DNA of 28,396 nucleotides, from positions 1 to 28,396 of the forward strand of contig CAYOIS010000002.1 of NCBI GenBank assembly GCA_964404055.1, read 5' to 3'. Source of the DNA: an uncultured Anaerolineae bacterium (GTDB taxonomy: Bacteria; Chloroflexota; Anaerolineae; SpSt-600). Each line of letters starts with the position of its first letter. Position 1 is the first letter of the stretch. The notes under the pieces are model-generated. The model was not told the DNA's origin. It worked only from the letters and a program-made list of their open reading frames with translations, and ran no database searches. Shown here piece by piece: positions 8,961 to 18,360 of the stretch. The position numbers and the translations under genes were made by a program.

Positions 8961-9057
8961 ATCAGACCTAACCCCCTGGCCCCCTTCCCTAGCAGGGAAG
9001 GGGGAGAATTCCGGCGGGGGGTCTCCCCGCTCCGGGAAAGGGCCGGGGGAAGGGTTA
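8961..9057. repeat. GC-rich REPIN-like palindromic element A
   Basis: Perfect 11-bp hairpin CCCCCTTCCCT-AGC-AGGGAAGGGGG (8980-9004). Outer arms TAACCCCCTGGCCC and GGGCCGGGGGAAGGGTTA are complementary. Near-identical start to 18667-18710. Confidence 0.7.
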
Positions 9058-9092
9058 AAAGTGTAGATGAGACCTGCAGGAGGATTTGATTT

Positions 9093-11555
9093 ATGGAAGA
9101 GAAAAATGCCGTTTACTTTATCGCTCTTGCCTCTTTGCTTCAGCACATTGGGAGGTTTGCCAAGCTGGCCGGCTTTGAGGAGTTACTCCTGGAGAAGCCT
9201 CTGGAGGAACGAGAGAAGAAAATCCTCACGCTGGCCGACTATCTATCCACGGGCGAATTGCACCTTGCAGAAGGAAAGCAGCCCCGTCAGCTTCGCTCCA
9301 TCTTCTGTTCCCTCACTGCCGATGGCCAACAGGCCCCGGAAGTCCTATACTGGCCCCTGCAACCTCTGCAAATGCGTCAGGATGCCATCTTCCCTCAGAA
9401 AGAAGCGGTCTCTGAGACGATAAAGAAGGCCTATGAAGACCTCGGGGCAAAGTTTAAGGAGCAAGCTGAAAGCTTAAGAAAAACCCAGGGTGAGAACTTG
9501 CCTATCTACTTGGAAAGCCTGCTCCTTCTGCTTCAGCGCTATGCTTGGTGCATCCCTTCTGCCCTTCCGGACGTAAGCCTTTACGATCACGCCCGAATTG
9601 CCGCTGGGTTGGCAGCCTGCCTGTTGGAGCAAGACGAGGCTACGCTGGGGCAAATTCTAAATGCGCTGGAGGGATGGTTTCAGGCCCGCAATACGAACAA
9701 AGCTGCCCCGGCGTCCGAAGTGCTGGAGAAGGCAGAACTTGCCCTGCTGGTCGGTGGGGATATAAGCGGGGTACAGGACTTCATCTATACCATCACAGCA
9801 CGAGGTGCAACGAGCGCACTGCGGGGCCGCTCATTCTACCTCCAACTCCTAACTGAGGCAGTGGCCCGTTACGTCCTCCGGCGGCTTGGTTTGCCCATCA
9901 CTAACCTCATCTACCAAGGTGGCGGAGTCTTCTACTTGCTGGCCCGCCCATCCGACCAGGCTCGCCTTGAAGAAATCCGGCGGGAAGTGAGCTGCATCTT
10001 GCTGGCTCACCACCGGGGCGACCTCTACTTGGCGTTGGCTTTTGTCCCCCTCCACGCTGCTGACTTCTACGGCGGGCGCATCTCCGGAAGGTGGGAAGAG
10101 CTGGGGGAGCGGTTGCAGAAGGCCAAGCAGCGTCGCTTCTCCGAATTGGGGGATGAGCTGGCTTGGCTATTCCAGCCCGAAGGACACGGTGGTAGCGCGG
10201 AGAGAGAATGCCAGGTCTGCGGGCGGGAGCATCCAGGCACTAAAGAAGATAATGGAACCCGCAAATGTCCACCCTGCCTTTCGTACGAAGAGTTAGGGGA
10301 TGATTTGCGGCAGGCCCGTTACCTTTGGATGGCCCAAGAGGACCCGGCCGTGCCGGCTAAGCCCCTGGATGTAACACAAGGCGGCTGGAAAGAAGTCCTC
10401 GCTGCCTTCGGGATGAAAGCTGGTGTAGTGAAAGAACTCAAAGACGTGCCCAATACTATCAGGCCACGTTGGATTTTAGCCCTGAAAGATGAGGCAATGG
10501 CAGACTTGCAGCCTGATCCCCAAACCGTCGTTGGCCGCCGGTTCTTGGTCAATGTGACCCCGATTTTGACCCAAGAGGAATGCAATGAATTCCGGGGAAA
10601 GATAGAAGGCCTCTCTAAGCCGGGAAGCGTTAAGGATTTCTCCGTGATGGAACATCAGTCTAAGGGCATCAAGCGGCTGGGAGTCCTACGGATGGATGTA
10701 GACAACCTGGGCAAGCTCTTTGCCGAGGGATTTGGAGAGAAGGCGAGCTTTTCCCGGGTTGCCGCACTCAGCTTCGCCATCAGCCTATTCTTTGAGGGGT
10801 GGATAGAGGTACTGGCAGAAAGGCTGGGGAAGGATGAGAAAGGCCACGACCGCTTATACTCAATCTACTCCGGTGGGGATGACCTTTTCTTCGTGGGCTC
10901 TTGGGATGCTGTGGTAGAACTGGCGCGAGCGATTCGGGCGGATTTTTCCCGCTTTGTGGCTGGCCATCCGGGCGTCCATACCAGTGCTGGAATCGCCCTG
11001 ATCGGTGCCAAGTACCCCCTTTATCAGGCAGCAGAGGACGCTGGAAGGGCTGAGAGTCAGGCAAAGGGATTGCGCTGGGAAGAGGATGGAAAGAAGCGTG
11101 AGAAGGATGCCATCTCTTTCTTGGGGCAGGCTCTACCGTGGTACCGCTTTGGCATGGAGGACTGCGTAGAGGGTATGGATACCGTTCACAGCTTGGCTCA
11201 CCTTCTGTTCAGGTTAACCTCCCCGCAGGATAAAGGTGGGGAAGGTGTTCCCAGGGCCTTGCTCCAATTGCTGATTCGTCTCCGGGAGCTGCACCAGGAG
11301 ACTGCCGAAAGGCGGGCCCGAGTTGGGGAAGACCGTAATCTGGCCGGGACGGTTCAGACCTACTATGGCCCTTGGATTTGGCGAGGATACTATTTCCTGA
11401 AGAGGATGGCGCGGCGGCTGGAAAAGGAGCAACCGAAAGCCAGTAAAGATGTGGATAAGTTAGCAGATATGCTCCACAAAGGAAACTTCCGGGCAATAGA
11501 GTGGATTGGCTTAGCCGCCCGATGGGCGGAACTGCTGGGAAGGGAGGAAAAATAG
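9093..11555 (+). CDS. cas10: Type III-A Cas10/Csm1; HD motif degenerate, GGDD cyclase motif intact
   Basis: LLQHIGRF at the HD position, SLYDHAR, Palm1 GGDISGVQDFIY...LRGRSFYLQLL, Zn finger CQVC...CPPC, Palm2 RMDVDNLG...YSGGDDLFFVG. Confidence 0.96.
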   Translation: MEEKNAVYFIALASLLQHIGRFAKLAGFEELLLEKPLEEREKKILTLADYLSTGELHLAEGKQPRQLRSIFCSLTADGQQAPEVLYWPLQPLQMRQDAIFPQKEAVSETIKKAYEDLGAKFKEQAESLRKTQGENLPIYLESLLLLLQRYAWCIPSALPDVSLYDHARIAAGLAACLLEQDEATLGQILNALEGWFQARNTNKAAPASEVLEKAELALLVGGDISGVQDFIYTITARGATSALRGRSFYLQLLTEAVARYVLRRLGLPITNLIYQGGGVFYLLARPSDQARLEEIRREVSCILLAHHRGDLYLALAFVPLHAADFYGGRISGRWEELGERLQKAKQRRFSELGDELAWLFQPEGHGGSAERECQVCGREHPGTKEDNGTRKCPPCLSYEELGDDLRQARYLWMAQEDPAVPAKPLDVTQGGWKEVLAAFGMKAGVVKELKDVPNTIRPRWILALKDEAMADLQPDPQTVVGRRFLVNVTPILTQEECNEFRGKIEGLSKPGSVKDFSVMEHQSKGIKRLGVLRMDVDNLGKLFAEGFGEKASFSRVAALSFAISLFFEGWIEVLAERLGKDEKGHDRLYSIYSGGDDLFFVGSWDAVVELARAIRADFSRFVAGHPGVHTSAGIALIGAKYPLYQAAEDAGRAESQAKGLRWEEDGKKREKDAISFLGQALPWYRFGMEDCVEGMDTVHSLAHLLFRLTSPQDKGGEGVPRALLQLLIRLRELHQETAERRARVGEDRNLAGTVQTYYGPWIWRGYYFLKRMARRLEKEQPKASKDVDKLADMLHKGNFRAIEWIGLAARWAELLGREEK

Positions 11556-11661
11556 GAAATCCGCACTCTGGATGCAAAAGCAAGGGCTGTAAATCCGGGG
11601 TGCTTAAGTCTAAGCCTGGTAGTTTACGGCCAGGCCTCAAAATTATAACAGGAGGTGACAA

Positions 11662-12120
11662 ATGACACAGCAACAGAAAGGAACAACTTTCAATCCTCCC
11701 ACCGATCAAGACCTGTGCACCATCATCACTGACCCCAACGGCACGCAGAAACTGGTGGAGTGGGCTGACCGGCTGGGAAAGCACCTGAAGGATATAGGCC
11801 TTACTTCTCATCAGATCCGCACCCTTTTCGGTGAAGTCCGCCTGATTCAGGCGGAGTGGAACACTAACCGTCAGCGGGCATTCCGCCGTCTGGTCCTACT
11901 CAAACCCAAGATGGCCTATCGGGCCCGCAAAGAGCGCGGCAAAGCCGTTGGGGAACTGGTCAAAGTCCTGGACCCGGCACTGGATTATGTGATTAAGGCT
12001 AAACCCCGTCCAAAGGACCAACCGCCGGGGACTGGGGACAACCAAGATGACAATTTCCAGCGGTTTGTGGAATTCCTTGAGGCCATCCTGGCTTACCACA
12101 AAGCTTACGGCGGAGAGTAA
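11662..12120 (+). CDS. csm2: Type III-A small subunit Csm2
   Basis: LTSHQIRTLFGEV, LLKPKMAYRARK, FVEFLEAILAYHK; lies between cas10 and csm3. Confidence 0.92.
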   Translation: MTQQQKGTTFNPPTDQDLCTIITDPNGTQKLVEWADRLGKHLKDIGLTSHQIRTLFGEVRLIQAEWNTNRQRAFRRLVLLKPKMAYRARKERGKAVGELVKVLDPALDYVIKAKPRPKDQPPGTGDNQDDNFQRFVEFLEAILAYHKAYGGE

Positions 12121-12138
12121 TCCCTGAGGAGGTGAACC

Positions 12139-12963
12139 ATGCCGAATAAAACCATCCAACTTAAAGGCCGCATTTTCTTGACCTTTAATTTACGAGCTTG
12201 CACAGGTTTGCACATTGGCGGTTCAGAGACTGGAATTGAAATAGGCGGCATAGACAAAGTTGTCATCCGTGACCCCATCACTAACCGTCCGTACATTCCC
12301 GGCTCTTCCCTCAAAGGCAAGGTTCGCTCCCTCCTGGAGAAGTACCGCGGCCTCCCCCTGAACCGCAAAATTGGGCAAACCTTCATCCACAGTTGCGAAA
12401 AGCCGGAAGAATACCAAGGTTGCGACATCTGCCAAGTCTTCGGCGTCCCAGGGGAAATGGAATTCGCCACCCCTACTCGCCTCGTTGTCCGGGACGTCCA
12501 CCTGACGGAGGAAAGCGCTCGCATCCTGACCGAGCAAGCTCGTACCGACCTTCCATATACCGAAGTCAAGACGGAAGTAGCCATTGACCGGGTCACCTCT
12601 GCCGCTAACCCCCGCCGCATGGAGCGGGTCCCTGCCGGAGCTGTCTTCGGCCCTGCTGAACTGGTTTACTCCATCTATGAAGGAAGCGATGGTGAAGACA
12701 ACATCGCCGACCCTGGGAAAGATGTGGAGAGGTTCCGTACCTTGGTGGAAGGGCTTCAGCTCCTGGAAGATGACTACTTGGGCGGCTCGGGCTCCCGCGG
12801 CTCAGGCAAAGTGAAACTGGAAGGCATAACCGTTTCCGTCCGGCCCGGTGAAAAGTATCTGGAAGAGCCCCAAAAGGTGGGAGAATACAAAGACCTGGCT
12901 GCTCTTGTGGCTGAGCTGCCGATTCTGCTCCAAGAGTTAAAGCAGGCTTTTGGACTGGCGTAA
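12139..12963 (+). CDS. csm3: Type III-A Cas7-family backbone RNase Csm3
   Basis: LHIGG...IGGIDKVVIRDP (catalytic Asp position retained), PYIPGSSLKGKVRSLLE, EVKTEVAIDR, YLGGSGSRGSG. Confidence 0.95.
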   Translation: MPNKTIQLKGRIFLTFNLRACTGLHIGGSETGIEIGGIDKVVIRDPITNRPYIPGSSLKGKVRSLLEKYRGLPLNRKIGQTFIHSCEKPEEYQGCDICQVFGVPGEMEFATPTRLVVRDVHLTEESARILTEQARTDLPYTEVKTEVAIDRVTSAANPRRMERVPAGAVFGPAELVYSIYEGSDGEDNIADPGKDVERFRTLVEGLQLLEDDYLGGSGSRGSGKVKLEGITVSVRPGEKYLEEPQKVGEYKDLAALVAELPILLQELKQAFGLA

Positions 12964-12976
12964 GAGGAGGCGGGCG

Positions 12977-14128
12977 ATGGCTAAATTAACCGTCTACCGC
13001 CTCGCCTTTCATGCTGGCTTCCACGTCGGTATCCGGGGCGTTAACTTGGAGGAAAGCGGAACGCATATACCTTCAGACACCCTCTTCGCTGCCCTTTTGG
13101 ATGCTTTCATACGCAGCGGCGGTGATGCGGAGGGGTTCGCAAAGCCGTTCAAGGAAAGAACCCCGCCTTTCCTCCTTACCTCTGCTTTCCCCTTTGCCGG
13201 GGGCGTCCGCTTCTTCCCAATGCCAGTCCCTCTGGACCGCTGGTTTTCCCCCGAAACGCTCCGGGAGCGCTCCAAGGACCTGAGGAAAGTGAAGTTTCTC
13301 TCCGAGGGGCTTTTCCAGCTGATGCTGAAGGGGGAGCAAATGGACGATTGGCTCTTCCCGAAAGGAGAAGCTGAGCCAGAACGCGGTGTTGCCCTGCAAG
13401 ACGGGGTTTTCTGGCTTAGTGCGGACGAAGTCAAGCAACTGCCAGAATCTATGTGGATAAACCCTCGCACTCATCAGCCAATCCCTTTGCGTGCACTGCG
13501 GCGCCACTCAGTCTTCGCCTTACAGCAGGTGCCACGTGTTACCCTGGACCGAGTTTCCTCGGCCTCAAACATCTTTCATGCCGGGCGGGTATCCTTTAGC
13601 CTCGGCTGCGGGCTCTGGTTCGGTGTCCATTGGCTCAACCCCGACATGCAGGTGAGCGCAACCGGCCCTTCTTTCCGCAATGCTTTCTTAAGGGCCTTGG
13701 CAACCCTGGCCGATGACGGTCTGGGTGGGGAACGCACCGTCGGCTATGGTGGATTCTCCTGGACCGAGGAGCCAGATAGCCTTTCTCTGCCTGACCCGAA
13801 GGGAGAAAGCCTCATGTGGCTGCTATCCCGCTATCACCCACGTCAGGACGAGCTTCCGGTGGCATTGACTGAATCCCCCGGATACCGTTTGACCGCCGTG
13901 GCGGGATGGCTCCGCTCCTGGCAAGGCCCATCTCAGCGACGCCAACGCCTCTGGTTAGTGGCTGAAGGAAGTCTCATCTGCTCCGTTGGCTCCGGCCCCT
14001 GGGGCGATATTACTGACGTCCGCCCTCGCTACCTCAACCCCGCTGGCGACCTCCCACACCCAGTCTGGCGCTACGGTTTCGCCTTAGGAGCCGGCGTAGC
14101 AGAGGATTCACAACGCCAGGAGGTGTGA
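12977..14128 (+). CDS. csm4: Type III-A Cas5-family subunit Csm4
   Basis: HIPSDTLFAALL, FLLTSAFPF, RVTLDRVS, G-rich loop GLGGERTVGYG. Start set to the ATG at 12977 after a GAGGAGG RBS. Confidence 0.92.
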   Translation: MAKLTVYRLAFHAGFHVGIRGVNLEESGTHIPSDTLFAALLDAFIRSGGDAEGFAKPFKERTPPFLLTSAFPFAGGVRFFPMPVPLDRWFSPETLRERSKDLRKVKFLSEGLFQLMLKGEQMDDWLFPKGEAEPERGVALQDGVFWLSADEVKQLPESMWINPRTHQPIPLRALRRHSVFALQQVPRVTLDRVSSASNIFHAGRVSFSLGCGLWFGVHWLNPDMQVSATGPSFRNAFLRALATLADDGLGGERTVGYGGFSWTEEPDSLSLPDPKGESLMWLLSRYHPRQDELPVALTESPGYRLTAVAGWLRSWQGPSQRRQRLWLVAEGSLICSVGSGPWGDITDVRPRYLNPAGDLPHPVWRYGFALGAGVAEDSQRQEV

Positions 14129-14129
14129 A

Positions 14130-15257
14130 ATGGCCGACTACATCCTTTACAAAGCTAAGGCTACGCTCCTAACCCCACTCCACATCGGCACTGGGCGGAA
14201 CCTGCTCCTCTCTTACGACTACGCTGTTTATGGTGGGCGGACTTGGCGGCTGAACGAGGACGCTATTTTAGAGGCCCAGAACGTGGATGACCCAAGGGTC
14301 ATGGCTTTGCTGATGAAGACCCCGCCTGCTCAATTGTTGAAGCCAGGGGATTTCCAAGAGGGAAGCCCATTCTTCCGGTACGTCATCCGTGGTGTACCTC
14401 GCTCTCAAGCTGAAGGAGCCCAGCTGCAGGAGCAATGGAAAGACCCATATGACCGTCCGTACCTCCCTGGCACCAGCCTCAAAGGTGCGCTGCGAACTGC
14501 ACTGGCCTGGCATGCTTGGGAAATCCTGAAGCTCCGCCCAGAGCGGTCTCGCCTCAACCCCAATCCCCGCTTCGCTGCTCAGGGCTATGAGCGCCAAATT
14601 TTCGGCCCTGACCCCAACCACGACCTCCTGCGCGCCTTGCACGTGGGAGACAGCGAACCGGTCGGAGCAGACAGGCTGATTTTGATTAACGTGCGGGTCA
14701 TAAACAAGACAGGCACAATGGGACCACCAATTGAGCTTGAAGCAGTTGCTCCGGAGACAGTTTTCCACTTCACTGTCAAACTGGACCTGACGCTCTTCTC
14801 CGACTGGGCCAAGCGGCACCGGCTGGAGATGCATGGGGAAGACTGGCTGCGGAACCTGCCAGCGGTGGTCAACCGCCACACTGCACAACGGTTAGAAGAG
14901 GAGCGGGCGTGGTTCAACGGTGTCCCCGGTGCGGAACGGATTCTGCAATTCTACAAGGAGCTGAAAGTTCCCGCTCGTGGCTTCCTCTTGCAGGTTGGCT
15001 GGGGCACCGGCTGGGACGACAAAACTTTCGGCAGTCACCTGCGGGCTGACCCCGACTTCTTGGAGGGAATCCTGCGACCTCCCAAGGCAGGAGGCTACGG
15101 CATCGCTCGGGGCCGCCGCCAGCCTGGAGACCCATTCCCTAAAAGCCGCCGGGTTATAGTCCAAATTCATCGTGCCCCGGATGGCCGCATCATCCAAGAG
15201 CGCCCTGTCGCCCCTCTGGGGTGGATGTGGGTAGAATGGGAGGAGGCGGCCTTGTAG
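14130..15257 (+). CDS. csm5: Type III-A RAMP subunit Csm5
   Basis: LLTPLHIGTG, PYLPGTSLKGALRTAL, LRALHVGDS, LQVGWGTGW, PLGW. Confidence 0.92.
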   Translation: MADYILYKAKATLLTPLHIGTGRNLLLSYDYAVYGGRTWRLNEDAILEAQNVDDPRVMALLMKTPPAQLLKPGDFQEGSPFFRYVIRGVPRSQAEGAQLQEQWKDPYDRPYLPGTSLKGALRTALAWHAWEILKLRPERSRLNPNPRFAAQGYERQIFGPDPNHDLLRALHVGDSEPVGADRLILINVRVINKTGTMGPPIELEAVAPETVFHFTVKLDLTLFSDWAKRHRLEMHGEDWLRNLPAVVNRHTAQRLEEERAWFNGVPGAERILQFYKELKVPARGFLLQVGWGTGWDDKTFGSHLRADPDFLEGILRPPKAGGYGIARGRRQPGDPFPKSRRVIVQIHRAPDGRIIQERPVAPLGWMWVEWEEAAL

Positions 15258-15424
15258 CTTTCCAATCCGAGAAATGCTGAGCTTGCTACGGAAGGCCTTT
15301 CACTGTGTCACTTCAGAGTGCTGCCGGGGAGAATAAAGTTCGCCAACAGGCCCTACTCAATATCAAGAGCGATTCCTTCCTTGCCTTAAAAGGCGGGTTC
15401 TGGCGCAGAAAGTAGGAGGAAAGC

Positions 15425-16312
15425 TTGGGTAAATTAATGGTTTGCTTAATTGGCGAACAGCCTATTCCCAACCTCTTGCCGCTGCGCCACCAGCCACCGG
15501 ATATAGCTTTGTTAGTGCACACTGACCGGACGAAGGGAGTGGCTCAGCGGCTCAAGAAATTGCTGGAACCCAAGGTTAAAGTTTACTTGCTTCAGACAGA
15601 CCCTTACGATGTTCAGAAAATCCATGAAGACCTTCAGAAATTCCTTGCTGAGAATATTGAGGAAGGGACGGAACTGGTGTTCAACCTGACCGGAGGTACT
15701 AAGACAATGGTTCTGGCTGCGTACGAGTTGGCTCGGGAACACAATGCCCCTTTCCTCTACCTTCAAAGCGAAGGTAAGCGCTCCGTCCTTTACCGATACC
15801 GGTTTGAGGCGAAGGAGCCCTTTTATGAAGACAAGGAAACAATACCAGGCGTCATCACCATTGAGGATTACCTGAAGGCTTACGTGGACAACTACAATGT
15901 TACCGAGCCGAGGAACCCCTTTGAGAAAGAAATTGGGAAAGCCTTGGAAGGAGCAGTGGATGAAGTGGTTAGTGGGGTAACTTTAGCTGCAGCGCTGGAG
16001 GTGGACTTGGTCGTTCGGAAAGGAAACCAGGTGGGCGTGATAGAGGCCAAAACAGGCGCCAGGGCAAGGAGTAAAGAAGGCCTGGACCAATTGAATGCTG
16101 TATGCGAGCAAAGATACTTGGGCACATACACCCATAAAATCCTGGTCGTAAACCAGCAATGGAGTCAAACTCTAACTAACCTCCGCGAACTGGCTAACGC
16201 CTGGCGCGTAACCGTAATTGAATTGCCCTCATTTACTGAAGAGCACCCTTTTCTGTCCGAAGAAGATAAAGAAGTCCTTCGGAGCGAAGTTATCAAAGTC
16301 CTAAGTGGATAA
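15425..16312 (+). CDS. CARF + PD-(D/E)xK nuclease effector (Card1/Can2, DUF1887-like)
   Basis: N-terminal CARF (VCLIGEQPIPNLL...FNLTGGTKTM) and C-terminal restriction-endonuclease-like motif EVDLVV...VIEAKTG. TTG start with GGAGG RBS. Confidence 0.82.
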   Translation: MGKLMVCLIGEQPIPNLLPLRHQPPDIALLVHTDRTKGVAQRLKKLLEPKVKVYLLQTDPYDVQKIHEDLQKFLAENIEEGTELVFNLTGGTKTMVLAAYELAREHNAPFLYLQSEGKRSVLYRYRFEAKEPFYEDKETIPGVITIEDYLKAYVDNYNVTEPRNPFEKEIGKALEGAVDEVVSGVTLAAALEVDLVVRKGNQVGVIEAKTGARARSKEGLDQLNAVCEQRYLGTYTHKILVVNQQWSQTLTNLRELANAWRVTVIELPSFTEEHPFLSEEDKEVLRSEVIKVLSG

Positions 16313-16321
16313 GGAGGCCCT

Positions 16322-16705
16322 ATGATCGTCCTCAACTTTTCTCACCCCCTCACCGAAGAGCAATTAGCCCAGATAGAAGCGCTCACAGGCCAGAAAGTAG
16401 AGCGGGTCATAGAAGTGCCAACTCAACTGGACCCTGAAGCACCGTTCGCCCCGCAGGTGATGGAGCTTGTGGAGAAGGTGGGGCTTTCTCCCAAGGAATG
16501 GCAAACTTTGCCCATCCTCATTAACCCCCCATCCCTGAACGCCATTGCTGTTATCCTCTTGGCTGAACTCCATGGGCGGATGGGCTACTTCCCCACCATC
16601 ATCCGGCTTCGTCCTGTTCCGAACGCTATCCCTCCACGCTTTGAAGTGGCCGAATTAATCAACCTGCAAGCCGTGCGAGACAAAGCAAGGGAGCAGAGGA
16701 GATGA
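16322..16705 (+). CDS. csx15: CRISPR-associated protein Csx15-like
   Basis: MIVLNFSHPLT..Q...IE..TG, ILINPPSL, LAELHGRMGYFP recalled as Csx15 signatures; located among type III ancillary genes. Confidence 0.75.
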   Translation: MIVLNFSHPLTEEQLAQIEALTGQKVERVIEVPTQLDPEAPFAPQVMELVEKVGLSPKEWQTLPILINPPSLNAIAVILLAELHGRMGYFPTIIRLRPVPNAIPPRFEVAELINLQAVRDKAREQRR

Positions 16706-17457
16706 GGGAGCGAAAGGAACTCCTCAACTTTTTGAGAGCCTTCCTTCAGAGCGCCGAGTCCTCGCCAGAACTGCTGGCTGCCTTCATCCTGGGACTAATC
16801 GTAGCGAACACCTTAGCCCAGTTAGTTTACGAGCTGCTAATGGCGCCCAAAACCTGGTCTACCCTGTGGCGGCCTGCTTTGGCAATCTTTGTGATGACGG
16901 GTGTGGCTTATTTGCTCTACCGACGTGACCGGCAGCGTGCTCGCACCATGCATGTTGTCGTAGATGAGAACCGATTGGCTCCGCCTCACCCTGGCATAAT
17001 CTGGCTCTTCGGGCCAGGCCGGTTTGACCATCTGCTGTTCGCCCTTGAGCACCACCAGAAAGGAGGCGGGGCATCCCACTGCTGGTTAGTGATGCAGAAC
17101 ACAGAACCAGTGCAGAGGACATATAGCCAACTTATCCAGCAGCTGAATGCCAAGGGGCTGAAGACCCAACTGCATCCCATTTACATCCCCCAACTGGAAG
17201 CTGGAGATGCCTACCAGGCCGTCCGGAGGGTCTTTGAAGAGGAAGCGCCTAAGGTGGGCCTGAAGCCAGAAGAGGTTATAGCCGATATCACCGGTGGCCT
17301 TAAGCCTTTGACTGCAGGCATGATACTGGCTGCCATCACTCTTGACCGCGAGTTGGAATACGTGGAGAGCGAAAGGGACCCTCAAGGAGAGCCAATTCCT
17401 GGTACACTACGTGTTGTGCTAATAGACCTGAATTTCTATGTTACACGAAAGGGGTGA
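16702..17457 (+). CDS. Transmembrane CARF effector (Cam1-like architecture)
   Basis: Two N-terminal TM helices (LLAAFILGLIVANTLAQLVYELL; LWRPALAIFVMTGVAYLLY), then a CARF-like Rossmann domain with IADITGGLKPLTAGMILAA. Confidence 0.78.
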   Translation: MRERKELLNFLRAFLQSAESSPELLAAFILGLIVANTLAQLVYELLMAPKTWSTLWRPALAIFVMTGVAYLLYRRDRQRARTMHVVVDENRLAPPHPGIIWLFGPGRFDHLLFALEHHQKGGGASHCWLVMQNTEPVQRTYSQLIQQLNAKGLKTQLHPIYIPQLEAGDAYQAVRRVFEEEAPKVGLKPEEVIADITGGLKPLTAGMILAAITLDRELEYVESERDPQGEPIPGTLRVVLIDLNFYVTRKG

Positions 17458-17458
17458 C

Positions 17459-18340
17459 ATGCTTTTAGCAGCAGTAATCTTCCTTTCCCCTTTATACCCA
17501 GTAACCCTCCCCGCTGACCTGGGGCGGGCGGTCCATGCCTGGTTCTTAGGGCAGGTGCAAAGGGTTGACCCCGCCCTGGCCGAACGTCTCCATGAGCCCA
17601 ACCGCCCTCGCCCTTTCACCCTCTCCTCTCTCCGGGGTGTAGGGAAAACCACAGGGGGAATGGTAGCCCTTACCCCGGAGCAGGATTACTGGCTGCGGGT
17701 GACCAGCATGGAAGCGACCATCTCCCGCTGCTTGCTGGAGCATATCCTCCCGGCCCTGCCTGGGGAAGAGATAGAGCTGGCGGGGGCAACTTTCAAGATT
17801 AAGGGAGCAACCTACGACCCAGCAGAGCATCCTTGGGCTGGGCAGACAACTTACGAAGCACTGGTTAAAGAACACTTGCTTGGGACAGGGCAATTGGAGC
17901 GCACGCTGACCCTCCAGTTTGCCTCGCCTACCACCTTCCGGCGGACAGGGATGACCTCAAGCCTGACCGATGGGGAGGGGCAAGCCTACCGGGTAGTGGG
18001 GCACAATTTCCTGCTGCCTTTGCCTGGGCTGGTCTTTGACAGTTACCTTCAGCGATGGAATGCCTTTGCCCCAATAGCACTTCCGCTGGAGGTGAAGCGG
18101 TTTGCGGAGGAATGTGTGGCAATAAGCCGATACCGGCTCCAAACCGTGCTGGTGGAGTTTGGGGAGGTCCGTGAGCTTGGATTTGTGGGGACATGCCAGT
18201 TCACTGCGCTGGTAGCAGACCCCTACTGGTTGCGTATCTTGCACCTTCTGGCGGCCTTTGCCTTTTACGCTGGCACAGGCCACCACACCGCCCGTGGGAT
18301 GGGGCAGACAAGGGAATTGACAATAACCAGCGAGAAATGA
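17459..18340 (+). CDS. cas6: CRISPR precursor-processing endoribonuclease Cas6
   Basis: LHEPNRPRPFTLS, FASPTTFR, C-terminal G-rich loop FAFYAGTGHHTARGMGQ. Start set to the ATG at 17459, right after the upstream stop codon. Confidence 0.92.
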   Translation: MLLAAVIFLSPLYPVTLPADLGRAVHAWFLGQVQRVDPALAERLHEPNRPRPFTLSSLRGVGKTTGGMVALTPEQDYWLRVTSMEATISRCLLEHILPALPGEEIELAGATFKIKGATYDPAEHPWAGQTTYEALVKEHLLGTGQLERTLTLQFASPTTFRRTGMTSSLTDGEGQAYRVVGHNFLLPLPGLVFDSYLQRWNAFAPIALPLEVKRFAEECVAISRYRLQTVLVEFGEVRELGFVGTCQFTALVADPYWLRILHLLAAFAFYAGTGHHTARGMGQTRELTITSEK

Positions 18341-18360
18341 TAAAATAAGTGTGGAAGGGA

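Noticed and set aside
8749-9066. 105-aa ORF across leader A, the repeat and the palindrome
   Set aside because: Not preserved as an equivalent ORF in cassette B; the sequence is explained by non-coding elements.
15258-15424. 167-nt gap between csm5 and the CARF nuclease as a pseudogene or hidden repeat
   Set aside because: No repeat hairpin or handle, no convincing promoter, and no recognisable translation.
9093-18340. SAM-AMP/CorA-type or protease-based type III signalling
   Set aside because: No CorA, NrN, SAVED, Lon or caspase-like gene is present; the effectors are CARF-type.
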